Part shown: one piece after another, positions 38,691 to 52,197 of the stretch
How positions within the stretch are numbered: the stretch's first letter is position 1
How the letters are laid out: every line of letters starts with the position of its first letter
NCBI RefSeq assembly: GCF_035084215.1
Contig: NC_090330.1
Coordinates: 105,834,001 to 105,898,000, forward strand
Source: Heptranchias perlo
Taxonomy: Eukaryota
Direction: 5' to 3'
DNA length: 64,000 nucleotides
Notes under the pieces: model-generated
Told to the model about the DNA's origin: nothing
The model's database searches: none
What the model saw: the letters and a program-made list of their open reading frames with translations, nothing else
Translations under genes and position numbers: made by a program

Positions 38691-41600
38691 TGGCACAGAT
38701 GGTGCTGAAAAGATAACAGTGTGTGAACGACACACGCCATTATTAATGCGCCAAACAGCCAGCAACTTGTGGCGAGGAAGAGATACCCCGTGAATCGCGA
38801 ATCGCCACAAGTTGCTGGCCGATTTGCGCCACTCCACCGTTAGCTTCGTGAACACAGCATCTCGCCCTTCACCGTCTCCTGAGTTTCATGAAGTTGCTGC
38901 ATTTGCACATTAATTGCCCATTAAACTCACCACAGGAAGTTAAGTCTCGTAATTAATAAGCACAAGTACCCAATTAACGATGTGATAATTATTAATGACT
39001 GCCAATCAACTTCTCTTACCCAGAAAGTGAACAATTAACTAATTCCTTCAGGTTGTGAATTGTTCAAAGACATTTTAAAAAAGTCAACTTATAAATCTTT
39101 ACACTTTTTTCTTACTTTTCCTTTCTGTCTCTTTTTTTCTTTTTCTCTTCATCCAATCTTTCTTTTCCTCTCTTTATTTCTCTTTCTCATCGTTATCATA
39201 GTAGGTACCGCTGAAGAGGAGGCCATTCAGCCCATCGTGCCTGTGCCGGCTCTTTGAAAAACCTATCTAATTAGTCTCATTCCCCTGCTCTTTCCCCATA
39301 GCCCTGTAAAAGTTGCCCCTTCAAGTATTTGTCCAATTCCCTTTTGAAAGTTACTATTGAATCTGCTTCCACTACCCTTTCAGTTCATTACAACTCGCTG
39401 CATAAAAAAATGTTTTCTCATGTCGCCTCTGGCTCTTTTGCCGATCACCTTAAATCTGTGTCCTCTGGTTACCGACCCTTCTACCACTGGAAACAGTTTC
39501 TCCCTATTTACTGTGTCAAAACCGTTCATGATTTTGAACACCTCTATCAAATCTCCCCTTAACCTTCTCTGTTCTAAGGAGAACAATCCCAGCTTCTCCT
39601 GTCTCTCCACATAACTGAAGTCCCTCATCCCTGGCACCATTCTAGTAAACCCCTTTTACACTCTGTCTAAGGCCTTGACATCCTCCCTAAAGTGTGGTGC
39701 CCAGAATTGAACACAATACTCCAGCTGAAGCCTAACCAGTACTTTTTAAAGGTTTAGCATAACTTGCTTGCTTTTGTACTCTATGCCTCTAAATAAAGCC
39801 CAGGATCCCATGTGCTTTTTTAACAGCTTTCTCAACTTGTCCTGCCACCTTTAAAGATTTGTGTATGTGCAGCGCTAGGTCTCTCTGTTCCTGCACCCCC
39901 TTTAGCATTGTACCATTTAGTTTATATTGCCTCTCCTCATTCTTCCTACCAAATTGTATCACTTCATACTTCTCTGCGTTAAATTTCATCTGCCATGTAT
40001 CTGCCCATTTCATCAGTCTGTCCGTGTCCTCCTGAAGTCTGTTACTATCCTTCAAATTGCAAAAATTGGATAGCCAGGTGGTGAGGGATAGAATACTAGA
40101 GCCTAATCTTTAGTTGCTTCCAAGCCTTTATTCATAGAAATTCCCTTTGCACACACACCACACCCTAGATAAGCTCTCCTGTAAAAAGGGTATAAGCGAG
40201 TCCCCAATTGATAACCACCACCTGAATACAATTAACACTCATTGATTTAAATCATATTGTTTACTACATTTCCGAGTTTCATGTCATCTGCAAACTTTGA
40301 AATTATATTCTCTATACCCAAGTCCAGGTCATTAATATATATCAAAAAGAGCAGTGGTCCTAATACTGACCCCTGGGGAACACCACTGTATGCTTCCCTC
40401 CAGTCTGAAAAACAACTGTTCACCACTACTCTCTGCTTTCTGTCCCAAAGCCAATTTTGTATCCACACTGCCACTGTCCCATTAATCCCATGGGCTTTAA
40501 TTTTGCTAACAAGCCTGTTATGTGGTACTTTATCAAATGCGTTTTGAAACTCCATATACACAACATCAACAACACTACCCTCATCAACCCTCTCCATTAC
40601 TTCATCAAATAACTCAATCGAGTTAGTTAAACACGATTTTCCTTTAACAAATCTGTGCTGACGTTCATTTATTAGCCCGTACTTTTCCAAATGTCAATTT
40701 ATTGCGTTCCAGATTACTGTCTCTAAAAGTTTCCCCACCACCAACGTTAGGCTGACTGGCCTGCAATTGCCGGGTTTATCCCTCTCCCCTGTTTTGAACA
40801 GGAGTGTAACATTTGCAATCTTCCAGTCCTCTGGCACCATCCCCATATCTAAGGAGGATTGGAAGATTGTGGTCAGAGCCTCCGCAATTTCCACCGTTAC
40901 TTCCCTCAGTAACTGAGGATGCATCCCATCCGGACCGGGTGACTTTTTTACTTTGAGTACTGCCAATCTTTTAAGTACTTCCTCTTTATCTATTTTTATC
41001 CTATCCAATATTGCTACCAGCTCCTCCTTTACTGCTACAATGGCAGCATCCTCTTCGCCAGTGAAATATTTAGTGCCTCAGCCATGCCCGCTGCCTTTAC
41101 AAGAGGATTTCCTTTTTTGTCCCTAATCGACCCCAGGCTTCCTTTGATTACCCTTTTACTATTTATATGCTTATACAAAACTTTTGGGTTCCCTTTTATG
41201 TTAGCCACCAATCTATTCTCTCTCTTTGCCTCTCGTATTCCCACTTTTTAGATCTCCTCTGTACTTTTTGTATTCAGTCTGGTTCTCTACTGTATTATGA
41301 ACCTTACATTTATCATAAGCCTCCTTTTTCTGTTTCATTTCAATCTCTATATCTTTAGTCATCCAGGGAGCTCTAGATTTGGGTGTCCTTCCTTTTTCCC
41401 TCGTAGGGATGTGTCTACTCTGTACCTGAACCAACTCCTCCTTGAAGGCCTCCCATGGTTCAATTATTGTTTTGTCTACCAAGTTTTGATTCCAATCCAC
41501 CCGGGCAAGACCCCTTTTTAACTCACTGAAATTTGCCCTCCTTCAGTTCAGCACTTTTACATTTGATTGTTCTTTGTCCTTTTCCATAACTATTCTAAAT

Positions 41601-42622
41601 CTAATGATATTATGATCACTGTTCCCTAAATGCTCCCCCACTGAAACATGCTCCACCTGCCCCACTTCATTCCCCACAACAAGATCCATCACTGTTTCCT
41701 TCCTGGTTGGGCTGGAAACACACTGTTCAAGAAAGTTCTCTTGAACACATTTCAGGAATTCCTCCCCCTCTTTGCCCTTTATACTGTTACTATCTCAGTC
41801 TATATTGGGACAATTGAAGTCCCCCATTATCACTACTCTATTGTGCTTGCATCTTTCTGTAATTTGCCTGCAAATTTGCTCCTCTATCTCCTTCCCACTA
41901 TTTGGCGGCATATAGTAGAGTAATAGCTCCTCTATTGTTCCTTAATTTTAACCAAATAGATTTTGTCTTTGAGCCCTCAACTACATCATCCCTTTCCAGT
42001 GCTATAATAGTTTCTTTGATCAATACTGCCACCCACCCTCTTTTCTTTCCTTCCCTATCTTTCCTGAATATCTTGTAGCCAGGAATATTTAGTTCCCAAT
42101 CCTCCCTTTCTTTGAGCCAGGTCGTTGTTATTGCCATGACATCATAGTCTCACGTGGCAACTTGAGCCTGTAGCTCACCAACTTTATTTACCACACTACG
42201 TGCATTTACGCGCATGCACACCAATCTCATCTTGGACTGTCTCACGTTTGCCCCCTTGTCTGCTCCCTCCTATTTCTGAACTATTCTTTACTCTAGCGCT
42301 ACATGTCCCTCCCAGTCCTCTGTACACCTTGTTTCTCCTCTCTAATGTTTCATCCTGGTGCCCATCCCCCTTCTGTACCTGATTTGACTCTAATTCACCC
42401 TCCTTCTCAATCCTTCCTCTCTTTATTTCTCAATCCTTAAATCTCATCGGTTAAGGAGATACACTGTTGGTCCCGTTATTCACCAAGGTCCCAGCTGCCC
42501 TGTTTCCCTCACTGCGCCGTTATCAGCTCGGACTTCCAGCAACTTTGCGGGCAAAATTTTTTAAAATCTAAGTATGCATGAACAAGTCTAACTAATAGGG
42601 CACGCTGAGCAAAATCTGGGCC
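38691..42622 (+). mobile_element. Harbinger-type MITE (29129 family) split by a long CR1
   Basis: 38691-39188 and 42370-42622 align to the two halves of 29129-29902. Confidence 0.8.
39190..42370 (-). mobile_element. CR1 LINE covering almost all of ORF2 (APE endonuclease + RT), frameshifted
   Basis: Endonuclease GYKIFRKDREGKKRG; RT KSPGPDGMHP, AFDKVPH, GVPQGSVLGPLLFLIYINDL, KFADD; C-terminus RRLRGDLIEVF. Confidence 0.95.
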
Positions 42623-43236
42623 TTTGATTTAGTCAAGCCATATATTATATATATATATTTATTTTTGCAGGGCAAGGTGAAGCATGTCAGTGATAGGGAA
42701 TGGCACCAGCTATCAGCATCAAACATGCTCAGGTCATGTATGGTGTGGCCAGATGGAAAGAAGATTTGTTTTTATTCTGCCCTAACAATATGGCTTACCA
42801 CAGTCTCAGTAAATTACATCCTTTGTGAATTGTGTTGCATTCCAATGTCAGCCGTCGCTGTGGCTTTTACGATGATACGAACATACAAACAATGACGGAC
42901 AGGAAAAGACACTCTGGCCCATCCAGCCTGTCCCAGACAATTGCGATGCCTTGTGTGTCACGATATATACACTCCCCACCCCACCCAAAACCATGCGATC
43001 TTGTGGGAGAGGAGAGAAACCAAATAAAAACACAGGCCAATTTGGGGAAATTCATCTCCGACCCACCAAAGCGATCGAAAATAGTCCAAGAGCTCACTCT
43101 GGCCCTGATAATTCTATAAATGCTTTGAGTGAGGTTTACCAAGTTAGTGGCAACATGTGCCGATTATTGATAGTTGGATTGACTCATGGCCAATAGAAAC
43201 AAGTTGAAATTTCCTTCAATTGGCAGAGACTTAACA

Positions 43237-43535
43237 GCAACAACAACAACTTGCATTTATACAGCACCTTTAATGTAGTAAAACGTCCCAAGGCGCTTCA
43301 CAGGAGCGATTATCAGACTAAATTTAACACCGAGTTATGTAAGGAGGTATTAGGATAGGTGACCAAAAGCTTGGTTAAAGAGGCAGATTTTAAGGAACAT
43401 CTTAAAGGAGGAGAGAGAGCGAGAGAGGCAGAGAGGTTTAGGGAGGGAATTCCAGAGCTTTGGGCCCAGGCAACCGAAGGCACGGCCACCAATGGTGGAG
43501 CGATGGGAATTGGGGATGCATAAGAGGCCACAATT
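43237..43535 (-). mobile_element. L2-clade LINE 3' fragment
   Basis: STIGGRAFGCLGPKLWNSLPKPL...FKMFLK; (caa)n tail. Confidence 0.85.
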
Positions 43536-43644
43536 TGTACTGATATTGTGTTGAGTGAGGTGCGAGGGCTGCCAGCTCACTACTCACAAGTCGGAGGCAA
43601 CCCGAGAGTAAACATTTAGGATCTACTGAAGCCAGACTCCAGGA

Positions 43645-44462
43645 TAGAATCATAGAATCCTTGAAAGGTTACAGTACGGAAGGAGGCCATTCGGCCCATC
43701 GGGTCTGCGCGGCTCTATGCAAGAGCAATCCAGCTAGTCCCACTCCCCTGCCTTATCCCCGTAGCCCTGCAAATTTTTTCCTTTCAAGTACTTATCCAGT
43801 TCCCTTTTGAAAGCCATGATTGAATCTGCCTCCACCACCCCCTCGGACAGTGAATTCCAGATCCTAACCACTCGCTGTGTAAACAAGTTTTTCCTCATGT
43901 CACCTTTGCTTCTTTTGCCAATCACCTTAAATCTATGCCCTCTGGTTCTTGACCCTTCCGCCAATAGGAAAAGTTTATCTCTATCTACCCTGTCTAGACC
44001 CTTCATGAATTTGAATACCTCTATCAAATCTCCTCGCTACCTTCTCTGTTCCAACGAGAACAACCCCAGCTTCTCCAGTCTATCCACGTAACTAAAATAC
44101 CTCTTCCCTGGAATCATTCTGGTAAATCTCTTCTGCACCCTCTCTAAGGCCTTCACATCTCTCCTATAGTGCAGTGCCCAGAACTGGACACAATACTACA
44201 GTTGTGGCCGAACCAGTGTTTTATAAAGGTTCATTGTGACTTCCTTGCTTTTGTACTCCATGCCTCTATTTATAAAGTCCAGGATCCCATATGCCTTTTT
44301 AACCACTTTCTCAACCTGCCCTGCCACCTTGAACAATTTGTGCACTTTTACCCCCAGATCTCTCTGTTCCTGTACCCCTTTTAGAATTGTGCTCTCTAGT
44401 TTTTATTACCTCTCCTCATTTTTCCTACCAAAATGTATCACTTCACATTTTTCTGGGTTAAA
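43645..44462 (-). mobile_element. CR1 LINE 3' fragment
   Basis: ORF 43734-44027 IEVFKFMKGLDRVDRDKLF...FTQRVVRIWNSL. Confidence 0.9.
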
Positions 44463-44804
44463 GGATGACCCAGCAAAAAAAAAAGATTCTTCCTGGTGGC
44501 CGGCCTTAGCAAATCTGGCGAGTTCACTCGGGGGATTGCTGGCAGTTGTGCGAGACCCCTGCGTCAGGAACTGGTCGTCCGAGCGGTCCTCGGAATTAAA
44601 CTTTAGAAATCTATCAACTCAAACTAAATTGAATCCCAGGTCTTGATGCTCGGAGCACAGTGTTGCTCTGTTCAGAAGGTGACTGCGGCTTTTGTCACAG
44701 TCCATTCATTCCCACAAAATGAACAAATGTCAAACCATCGAGAAGATTGGTGTCATTGCAGGGCTTTCAGAAGTGGAGGCCATGCTTGACTGCACAGATA
44801 TTGA

Positions 44805-45562
44805 TATCCGTCTTTCGGATGAGACGTTAAACCGAGGCCTGGTCTGCCCCTCTCGGGTGGACGTAAAAGATCCCATGGCACTATTTGAAGAAGGGCAGGA
44901 GAGTTCTCCTGGTGTCCTGGCCAATATTTATCCCTCAACCAACATCACTAAAAAACACAAAAGAAAGACTTGCATTTATATAACGCCTTTCACAACCTCA
45001 GGACATTCTAAAGTGCTTTACAGCCAATGAAGTACATTTTTTTGCAGTGTAGTCGCTGTTGTAATATAGGAAATGTGGCAGAGCAAGCTCCCACAATATG
45101 ATAATGACCAGATAGTCTGTTTTAGTGGTGTTGGTTGAGGGACAATTCCCTTGCTCTTCTTTGAAACAGTGCCATGGGATCGTTTACATCCATCTGAGAG
45201 GGCAGATGGGGCCTCAGTTTTAATGTCCCATCCAAAAGACGGCACCTCTGACAGTTCAGTGCACCCTCAGTACTGCACTGGAGTATCAGCCTGGATTTTA
45301 TGCTCAGGTCCCTGGAGTGAAACTTGAGCCCACAATCTTCTGATTCAGAGGCGAGAGTAGCTGCCCACTGAGCCACACCCGACACGTGACCTGGTCATTG
45401 TCTCATTGCTGTTTGCGGGATCTTGCTGTTTGTAAATTGGCTGCCACGTTTCCTACATTACAACAATGGCTACACTGCAAAAGTGCTTCATTGGCTGTAA
45501 AGCACTTTGGGACGTCCTGAGGTCATGAAAGGAGCCGTATAAATGCAACTCTTTCTTTCTTT
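44805..45562. mobile_element. Nested Deu-SINEs: a plus-strand copy interrupted by a minus-strand full copy (~44960-45385)
   Basis: Deu core on + at 44805-44950, full SINE on -, then the + tail resumes at ~45388-45562. Confidence 0.75.
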
Positions 45563-46534
45563 CAGGCATCCTCTGAAAATTCTGGATGGTTCTCAATGTG
45601 CAGTACGCGAAATATCAGAAAGCTGAGTACTGCAAAATTCCCTGAATCTATGCAAGATTCCTTTATTCCATGCAGTTTATGTGACCTAGCCTTGTTTGAG
45701 GAGGATGATCATGTTAAAGGTTGGCTCTTAAGTGAACGAGGTAATGGTCCAAAACACTGACTGACAGCAGTTCAAATCCCAAAGAAGTAAAGTAAAATTA
45801 CAATCAAACACTTAAGGGCCTCAGGTCAGTTGGAGAATATATCTTTGGAATGATGAAATAGAGTTGGCTGCGACTGGAAATATTTCTTGGTTCCTTCTTA
45901 TATTAGCCTGTAAAAGTGTACTGCTTCACACTGACAAGGACCGAGTCCATGTAATGGAAGCAGAGACTGCAGAATTTCAAAAACCTTCCCCATGGGGTAT
46001 GTGGTGTCTTTGTAAATACTTGTGCAATAAAGAGGACAGAAAACAAGTTCGGAATTTTTCTTAATGATGAATTAACTTTTTTTATACTGTTTACAGTTTT
46101 CATAACACAGTGATGCTTTGGTTAGTGATACTTACCATGAATCATATGCAATAGCTGCATGGTATGACAGTCATTATCTGAGCTCTTACAGATCTTTAAG
46201 ATGGACAAGTGAACACAAAGAATGAAGTACCAAATTGTAATTAATGAAACGTGTGTTTGTATCTAATATTTGTGTTGTGGTGGTTTCTCCCTTGTAAGCC
46301 TAGAATTTCTGTTCACCAGTTCCACATTAGTGAAAGACTGAGGTACAGTGAATACCCTGTAAGAACAGTACTGGTCGAGAAGCTACATCAGCAGCTTGAT
46401 GCTCAATTTGTGGGTGTGGATAATTAACGCAGCAGCAGTGCTAGCTGATGTCCATGTATCATAGCAAGACACACATGGGAGAATCAATATCTTCTTCATC
46501 GACCTCTGTGGATATAAGATTCCAGCCGGGCATC

Positions 46535-47002
46535 AGAAAGAAAGAAAGACTTGCATTTCTATTGCACCTTTCACAACCTCAAAACATCCCAAAACACTTT
46601 ACAGCCAATGAAGCACTTTTGAAGTGTCGTCACTGTTGTAATGTAGGAAATCTGGCAGCCAAATTGCGCACAGCAAGATCCCACAAACAGCATTGTGATA
46701 ATGACCAGATTATCTGTTTTAGTGATGTTGGTTGAGGATAAATATTGGCCAAGACATCGGGGAGAACGCCCTGCTCTTCTTCGAAATAGTGCCACAGGAT
46801 CTTTTGCGTCCACTTGAAAGGGCAGACGTCCTTGGTTTAATGTCTGATCCGAAAGACGGTGCCTCTGGCAGAGCAGCGCTCCCTCAGTACTGCACTGGGT
46901 GTGTCAGTGTAGATTTTGTGCTTAGGTCCCTGGATTGGGACATGCACCCGCAACCTTCTGACTCAGAGATGAGAGTGCTACCCACTAAGCCAAGGCTGAC
47001 AC
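46535..47002 (-). mobile_element. Full-length Deu-domain tRNA SINE
   Basis: tRNA head, Deu core and tail as in 33160-33585. Confidence 0.85.
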
Positions 47003-47723
47003 TGCGACATCAGCAAAACAAGTCGCTGACAAAAGTGTCACCATCCTGACTTTGTCCCAAGGTACGCTCCAGTCTTATCTGTAGTTGTTTAAAGCAGCAG
47101 TCCAACTGGTTGAAACCAGTAAGCATGATATCTGTGAACTCTGAGAAACTTACCCCGCCAAATAACTTACTCCAATTCCTCTGAGATCTACAGGGGCAGC
47201 ATTTAGAATTGGCAAAAGTTGCTCAGTATTAGGGTCACAGAGGATTGTGCAGTAGTAGTCATTATGCCTGAACTATCTAATGCAGAGCACTGCATTGCAC
47301 CTATTCTGGCATCCAATGCTCCAAGAAAAGAATTCCTCTGAGCATTGTGTGTCATGTCATTGGGCCAAATTTATGTCTTTACCACTCCCAGCACAAAGCT
47401 TCAGGAGCGCTTATCAGGGCAGCTTCTGTGGTCAGGTGCTCACGGTGATGAGAGGTGCTTTATCCCTTAACCAACAGATTACTTGGTCATTTATCTCATT
47501 GTTGTTTGTGGGATCTTGCTGTGTGTAAATTGGCTGCTGCATTTCCCGACATTACAACAGTGACTACATTGCAAAAATTCCTTCATTGGCTATAAGTTGC
47601 TTTGGCACATACTAATGTTGTGAAAGGCACTACACAAATGCAAATTCTTTCTTTTCTTTCTAACATGTCTCAATTTTATCCAGCCAAGGAGCTGTTTTAA
47701 CAGTCAGTTATAACAGAAATATT

Positions 47724-49821
47724 TGGCCGGATCTTGCTGTAAAAACAACGGTGTTTTAACAACGCACGCCGTTATTAATGCACAAATCGGCCAGCAGGTT
47801 CAGGGGATGAAGAGATGTGCCATGAGTTGTGAATCTCCAGAACATGCTGCTCGATTTATGTCGCTCCCCTGTTTGCTTCGCACAAACTTGCCCGCAACCT
47901 CCCCGTTATTTATAAGAAGTTACTGGACTTACACATTAATTGGCCATTAAACTCACCGCAGAAAGTGAGGGCTGGAACTTAACAGCGTAAGTACCCTTTC
48001 AATGGCATGATAATTGTTGATGACTGCCAATCAACCTCTCTGGCCCAGAAAGGGAACAATTTAAACTGCTCAATCTCACTTTTGCATCTAGTAAATTGTT
48101 GGAGTTTTGAAAAATTTGAAATTTGAAATTTTTGCATTTTTTTCTTACTTTTTAATTTCTGTCTTTTTTCTCTCTCTCTTAATCCAATCTTTCTTTCCCT
48201 CTCTTCATTCCTCTTTCTGATTTGACTCCAATTCACCCTACCTCTCATTCCTCTGTTTATTTCTCAATCCTTAAATCTCATTGATTAAGGAGATAGACTG
48301 TTGGTCCCGTCGTTCACTGAGGTCTCAGATGCCCTGTTTGCCCTCACCGCACCGTTATCAGCTCGCACTTCCAGCAAGTTACGGCGCAAAAACATTTTGA
48401 GCTGAAGGGTGAGGGAAAAAGTCTAACCAACAATTAATGTGCAAATCCAGTAACTTCTTACAAATAATTTATAAGTAGAGGCGTAGAGTACAAAAGCAAG
48501 GAAGCCATGATGAACCTTTATAAAACACTGGTTCGGCCACAACTGGAGTATTGTGTCCAGTTCTGGGCACCACACTTTAGGGAGGATGTGAAGGCCTTAG
48601 AGAGGGTGCAGAAGAGAGTTACTGGAATGATTCCAGGGATGAGGGACTTAAATTATGTGGATAGACTAGAGAAGCTGGGGTTGTTCTCCTTGGAACAGAG
48701 AAGGTTGAGAGGTGATTTGATAGAGGTATTCAAAATCATGAAAGTGTCATGAACAGGTGCAGAAAATAATCAATAAGGCTAATGGAATGCTGGCCTTTAT
48801 ATCTAGAGGACTGGAGTACAAGGGGGCAGAAGTTATGCTGCAGCTATACAAAACCCTGGTTAGACCGCACCTGGAGTACTGTGAGCAGTTCTGGGCACCG
48901 CACCTTCGGAAGGACATATTGGCCTTGGAGGGGGTGCAGCGTAGGTTTACTAGAATGATACCCAGGCTTCAAGGGTTAAGTTACGAGAAGAGATTACACA
49001 AATTGGGGTTGTATTCTCTAGAATTTCGAAGGTTAAAGGGGTGATCCAATCGAAGTTTATAAGATATTAAGGGGAACAGATAGGGTGGATAGAGAGAAAC
49101 TATTTCCGCTGGTTGGGGAGTCTAGGAGTAGGGGGCACAGTCTAAAAATTAGAGCCAGACCTTTCAGGAGTGAGATTAGAAAACATTTCTACACACAAAG
49201 GGTGGTAGAAGTTTGGAACTCTCTTCCACAAACGGCAATTGATACTAGCTCAATTGCTAAATTTAAATCTGAGATAGATAGCTTTTTGGCAACCAAAGGT
49301 ATTAAGGGATATGGGCCAAAGGCAGGTATATGGAGTTAGATCACAGATCAGCCATGATCTTATCAAATGGCGGAGCAGGCATGAGGGGCTGAATGGCCTA
49401 CTCCTGTTCCTATGGTCCTTTGTCTCGACAGAGTAGATAGAGAGAAATTGTTTCCATTGGTGGAAGGGTCAAGAACCAGAGGGCATAGATTTAAGGTGAT
49501 TGGTAAATGAACCAAAGGTGACATGAGGAAAAACTTTTTTAAGCAGCGAGTGGTTAGGATGTGGAATGCACTGCCCGAGGGAGTGGTGGAGGCAGATTCA
49601 ATCATGGCCTTCAAAAGGGAACTGGATAAGCACTTGAAAGGAAAAAATGTGCAGGACTACGGGGATAGAACGGGGGAGTGGGACTAGCTGGATTGCTCAT
49701 GCATAGAGCCGGCACGGACTCAATGGGCCGAGTGGCCTCCTTCCGTGCTGTAACCTTTCTATGATTCTATGATTCCAATGGGGCGGGTCACGAGGTGTCA
49801 CACCCGAGCAAAATCAGGCCC
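47724..49821 (+). mobile_element. Harbinger-type MITE (29129 family) carrying nested CR1s
   Basis: Starts tggccggatcttgctg and ends agcaaaatcaggccc; body aligns to 29129-29902. Confidence 0.8.
48473..49775 (+). mobile_element. CR1 3' fragment with a second CR1 subfamily fragment (48749-49420) inserted in it
   Basis: First ORF stops at IEVFKIMK and resumes at tcgacagagtagatagagag after a complete second CR1 3' end; tgtc duplicated at the junctions. Confidence 0.88.
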
Positions 49822-50704
49822 ACTTTCTTTTATATACTGCCTAATCACATTAAAATGTCTCAAAGCACTTGTATGGACTTCTGTTGAAGTGCTCCAGCGT
49901 TCTTTGTAGTTGTTTAAGGCAGCTGTCCAACTGGTTGAAACCAGTAATCTGTTACGTAGTCCAAAGTTGCAACCCAGAACATTGTCACCTCACCTCAGGA
50001 GAAAAATTCCACTCAGCCTTCGCGACACCTATCCCACATTTAATGAGGGCTGTACCATCTCATTTGCAGAGCAACCTCTTGAGGACTGCAAAAGTTGCAC
50101 CTCTTATCTCCATCCCCCAAAACACATTGCTTTGATTTAGCTGCCCTAATAAATCTCAAACCTACTCCATCAAATCCTGTGCTGCAGTGGTATAGGATAC
50201 ATTGGTCAGCATTCAACAATAGAAATGACTGCGGAGCTGCCATGGTTGAATTTTCTTAAAAATGCACTGTGGATAATGTCTGTGGATGGTCTGATCAATT
50301 CAATCTTTAATTTTTATGCATAAAGAAGGGAGTTAAAGAAGGAATATGGCATAATTCCACGGTTTCCTTGTGCCTCGGTACGATAATTTCTGCTTGTTTT
50401 AGGTCAGTTTTTATGTTCTGCCGTAAGCGAATGAATTTCTCAGGACGTTCCAGCGTAAGTTGCCAACGGCAAGATCGGTGTAAATTTGGAAGTAGATTTT
50501 GGCATAACTTGCCAGTTATGCTGTTGCCTGAAATTCTGCCTAACAGTATTTTAATAAACCTGATCACGAGCTCAGAACATCCCAAAGTGCTTTACAGAGT
50601 ATGAAATACTTTTGAAGTGTAGTCACTGGCTGATTTTCCTCTTGCACCTGCCCTGATACCATCTGAAAATGGATGGTAAAGCATATAAGATATGCTTCTT
50701 TAGA

Positions 50705-50960
50705 CTGTCAGCTGCAGCTCAGTTGGTGGCAGTCTTGCCTCTTGCACTCTCGCCTCTGAGTCAGAAGGTTGTGGCCTCAAGTCCCACTCCAGAGACCTGA
50801 GAGCACATAATCTAGGCTGACATTCCAGTGCAGTACTGAGGGAGTGCTGCATTGTCAGAGGTGCTGTCTTTCAGATGAGATGATAAACCGAGGCCCCGTC
50901 TGCCCTCTCAGGTGGACGTAAAAGATCCCATGGCAATATTTCAAAGAAGAGCATGGGAAT
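50705..50960 (+). mobile_element. Deu-domain tRNA SINE 5' part
   Basis: gcagctcagttggtggc head and Deu core caggtggacgtaaaagatcccatggc. Confidence 0.8.
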
Positions 50961-51729
50961 TATTTTTCTTCTTATTTGGAAAAATATGAGAACAGTTTCA
51001 TTGTTCCCAATATTTCTCAGTAAATTTTCACTTGAGGGTATATAGGGCAATAGGTGATGTGGTGGCAAGTGCATTGACATACTTCTGTGTAATTGTAAAC
51101 CTTGTAAATAAATTTGACGACTACTTTCGGTTTGAAATATACAATCTAAAACAATGTTGCTGTCTATCTTTTGCAGATGACAGGAGTACATGGTGAGTAA
51201 CCTGAGCAACCTCGGGTGCAAAGTAACTTGGTAAAAGGGCAATTTTCAATTCTGCAGCATGCTACTGAATAAAGGGGGTGTGGATCTGCTGATGGAAAAT
51301 GCTTTTTACTGTGAACATGGATAAAGGGAGTTGGGAGGTGGCCTGAATTCTATCAGCTCTGTTCTTTCCCATCTAGCAAAGTTCTTGGTCTCACAATCTC
51401 TTCTGATCTCAAGAGGACTCCCACATCTCCATTGCTAACGCTGCTTCCAAAAAGCTTGATATCCTTTTTCATGCCAGATACTTTTTTTCTGCTCAATAAC
51501 TCTTAATTCTCTTTAAAGCCCAAGTCTGTGTAAGATTGAATATTGTTTCTATACCTGGGGAGACACTTTTAGCATCTCTTTGACATGCCTGGAAAAGATG
51601 CAAGAAAAAGCTTTGAGGTTATAGCTCACTTCTGACCTCCAACCTTTCTTGTCTTTGTTTAATTGATAGTACTATAGTTAGTATCCTCGGAGCATTCCTT
51701 ACTTCCTTGTAAGTGTTCTTAGGGTACGG

Positions 51730-51803
51730 TAGCATAGTGGTTATGTTACTGGGCTAGTAATCCAGAGGCCTGGACTAAAATCCAGAGTCATGAGTTCAAA
51801 TCC
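51730..51803 (+). promoter_or_regulatory. Pol III type 2 internal promoter (A box and B box)
   Basis: A box TAGCATAGTGG 51730-51740 fits TRGCNNARYGG; B box AGTTCAAATCC 51793-51803 approximates GGTTCGANTCC. Confidence 0.7.
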
Positions 51804-52046
51804 CGCCACGGCAGCTGGCGAATTTAAATTCAATTAATTAATTAAAAATTCAATTAATTAAATAAAAATCTGGAATTAAAATACTAGTATCAGTAATGAT
51901 GGCCATGAAACTACCGGATTGTCGTAAAAACCCATCTGGTTCACTAATGTCCTTTAGGGAAGGAAGCCTGCCGCCCTTACCCGGTCTGGCCTATATGTGA
52001 CTCCAGACCCACATCAATGTGGTTGATTCTTAATTGCCCTCTGAAA

Positions 52047-52168
52047 TAGAGTCATAGAGTTATAGAGTTATACAGCACGGATAGAGGCCATTCGGCCCAT
52101 CGTGTCCGCACCGGCCATCAGCCCTGTCTACTCTAATCCCATATTCCAGCATTTATAGAGTCATAGAG
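52047..52168 (-). mobile_element. Short CR1 3' tail inserted in the LINE leader
   Basis: atagagtc/atagagtt octamer repeats and gaggccattcggcccatcgtgtc; flanked by gaaat duplication. Confidence 0.7.
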
Positions 52169-52197
52169 AAATGGCCAAGCAAGCCACTCAGTTGTAA

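Noticed and set aside
51430-51640. Old LINE RT C-terminal remnant as ORF1 of the downstream LINE
   Set aside because: It is heavily decayed, RT-tail-like and upstream of the tRNA head, so probably a separate older insertion.
51722-51810. Functional tRNA gene
   Set aside because: It has A/B boxes but no convincing cloverleaf or downstream T-run terminator, and it is the head of a repeat.
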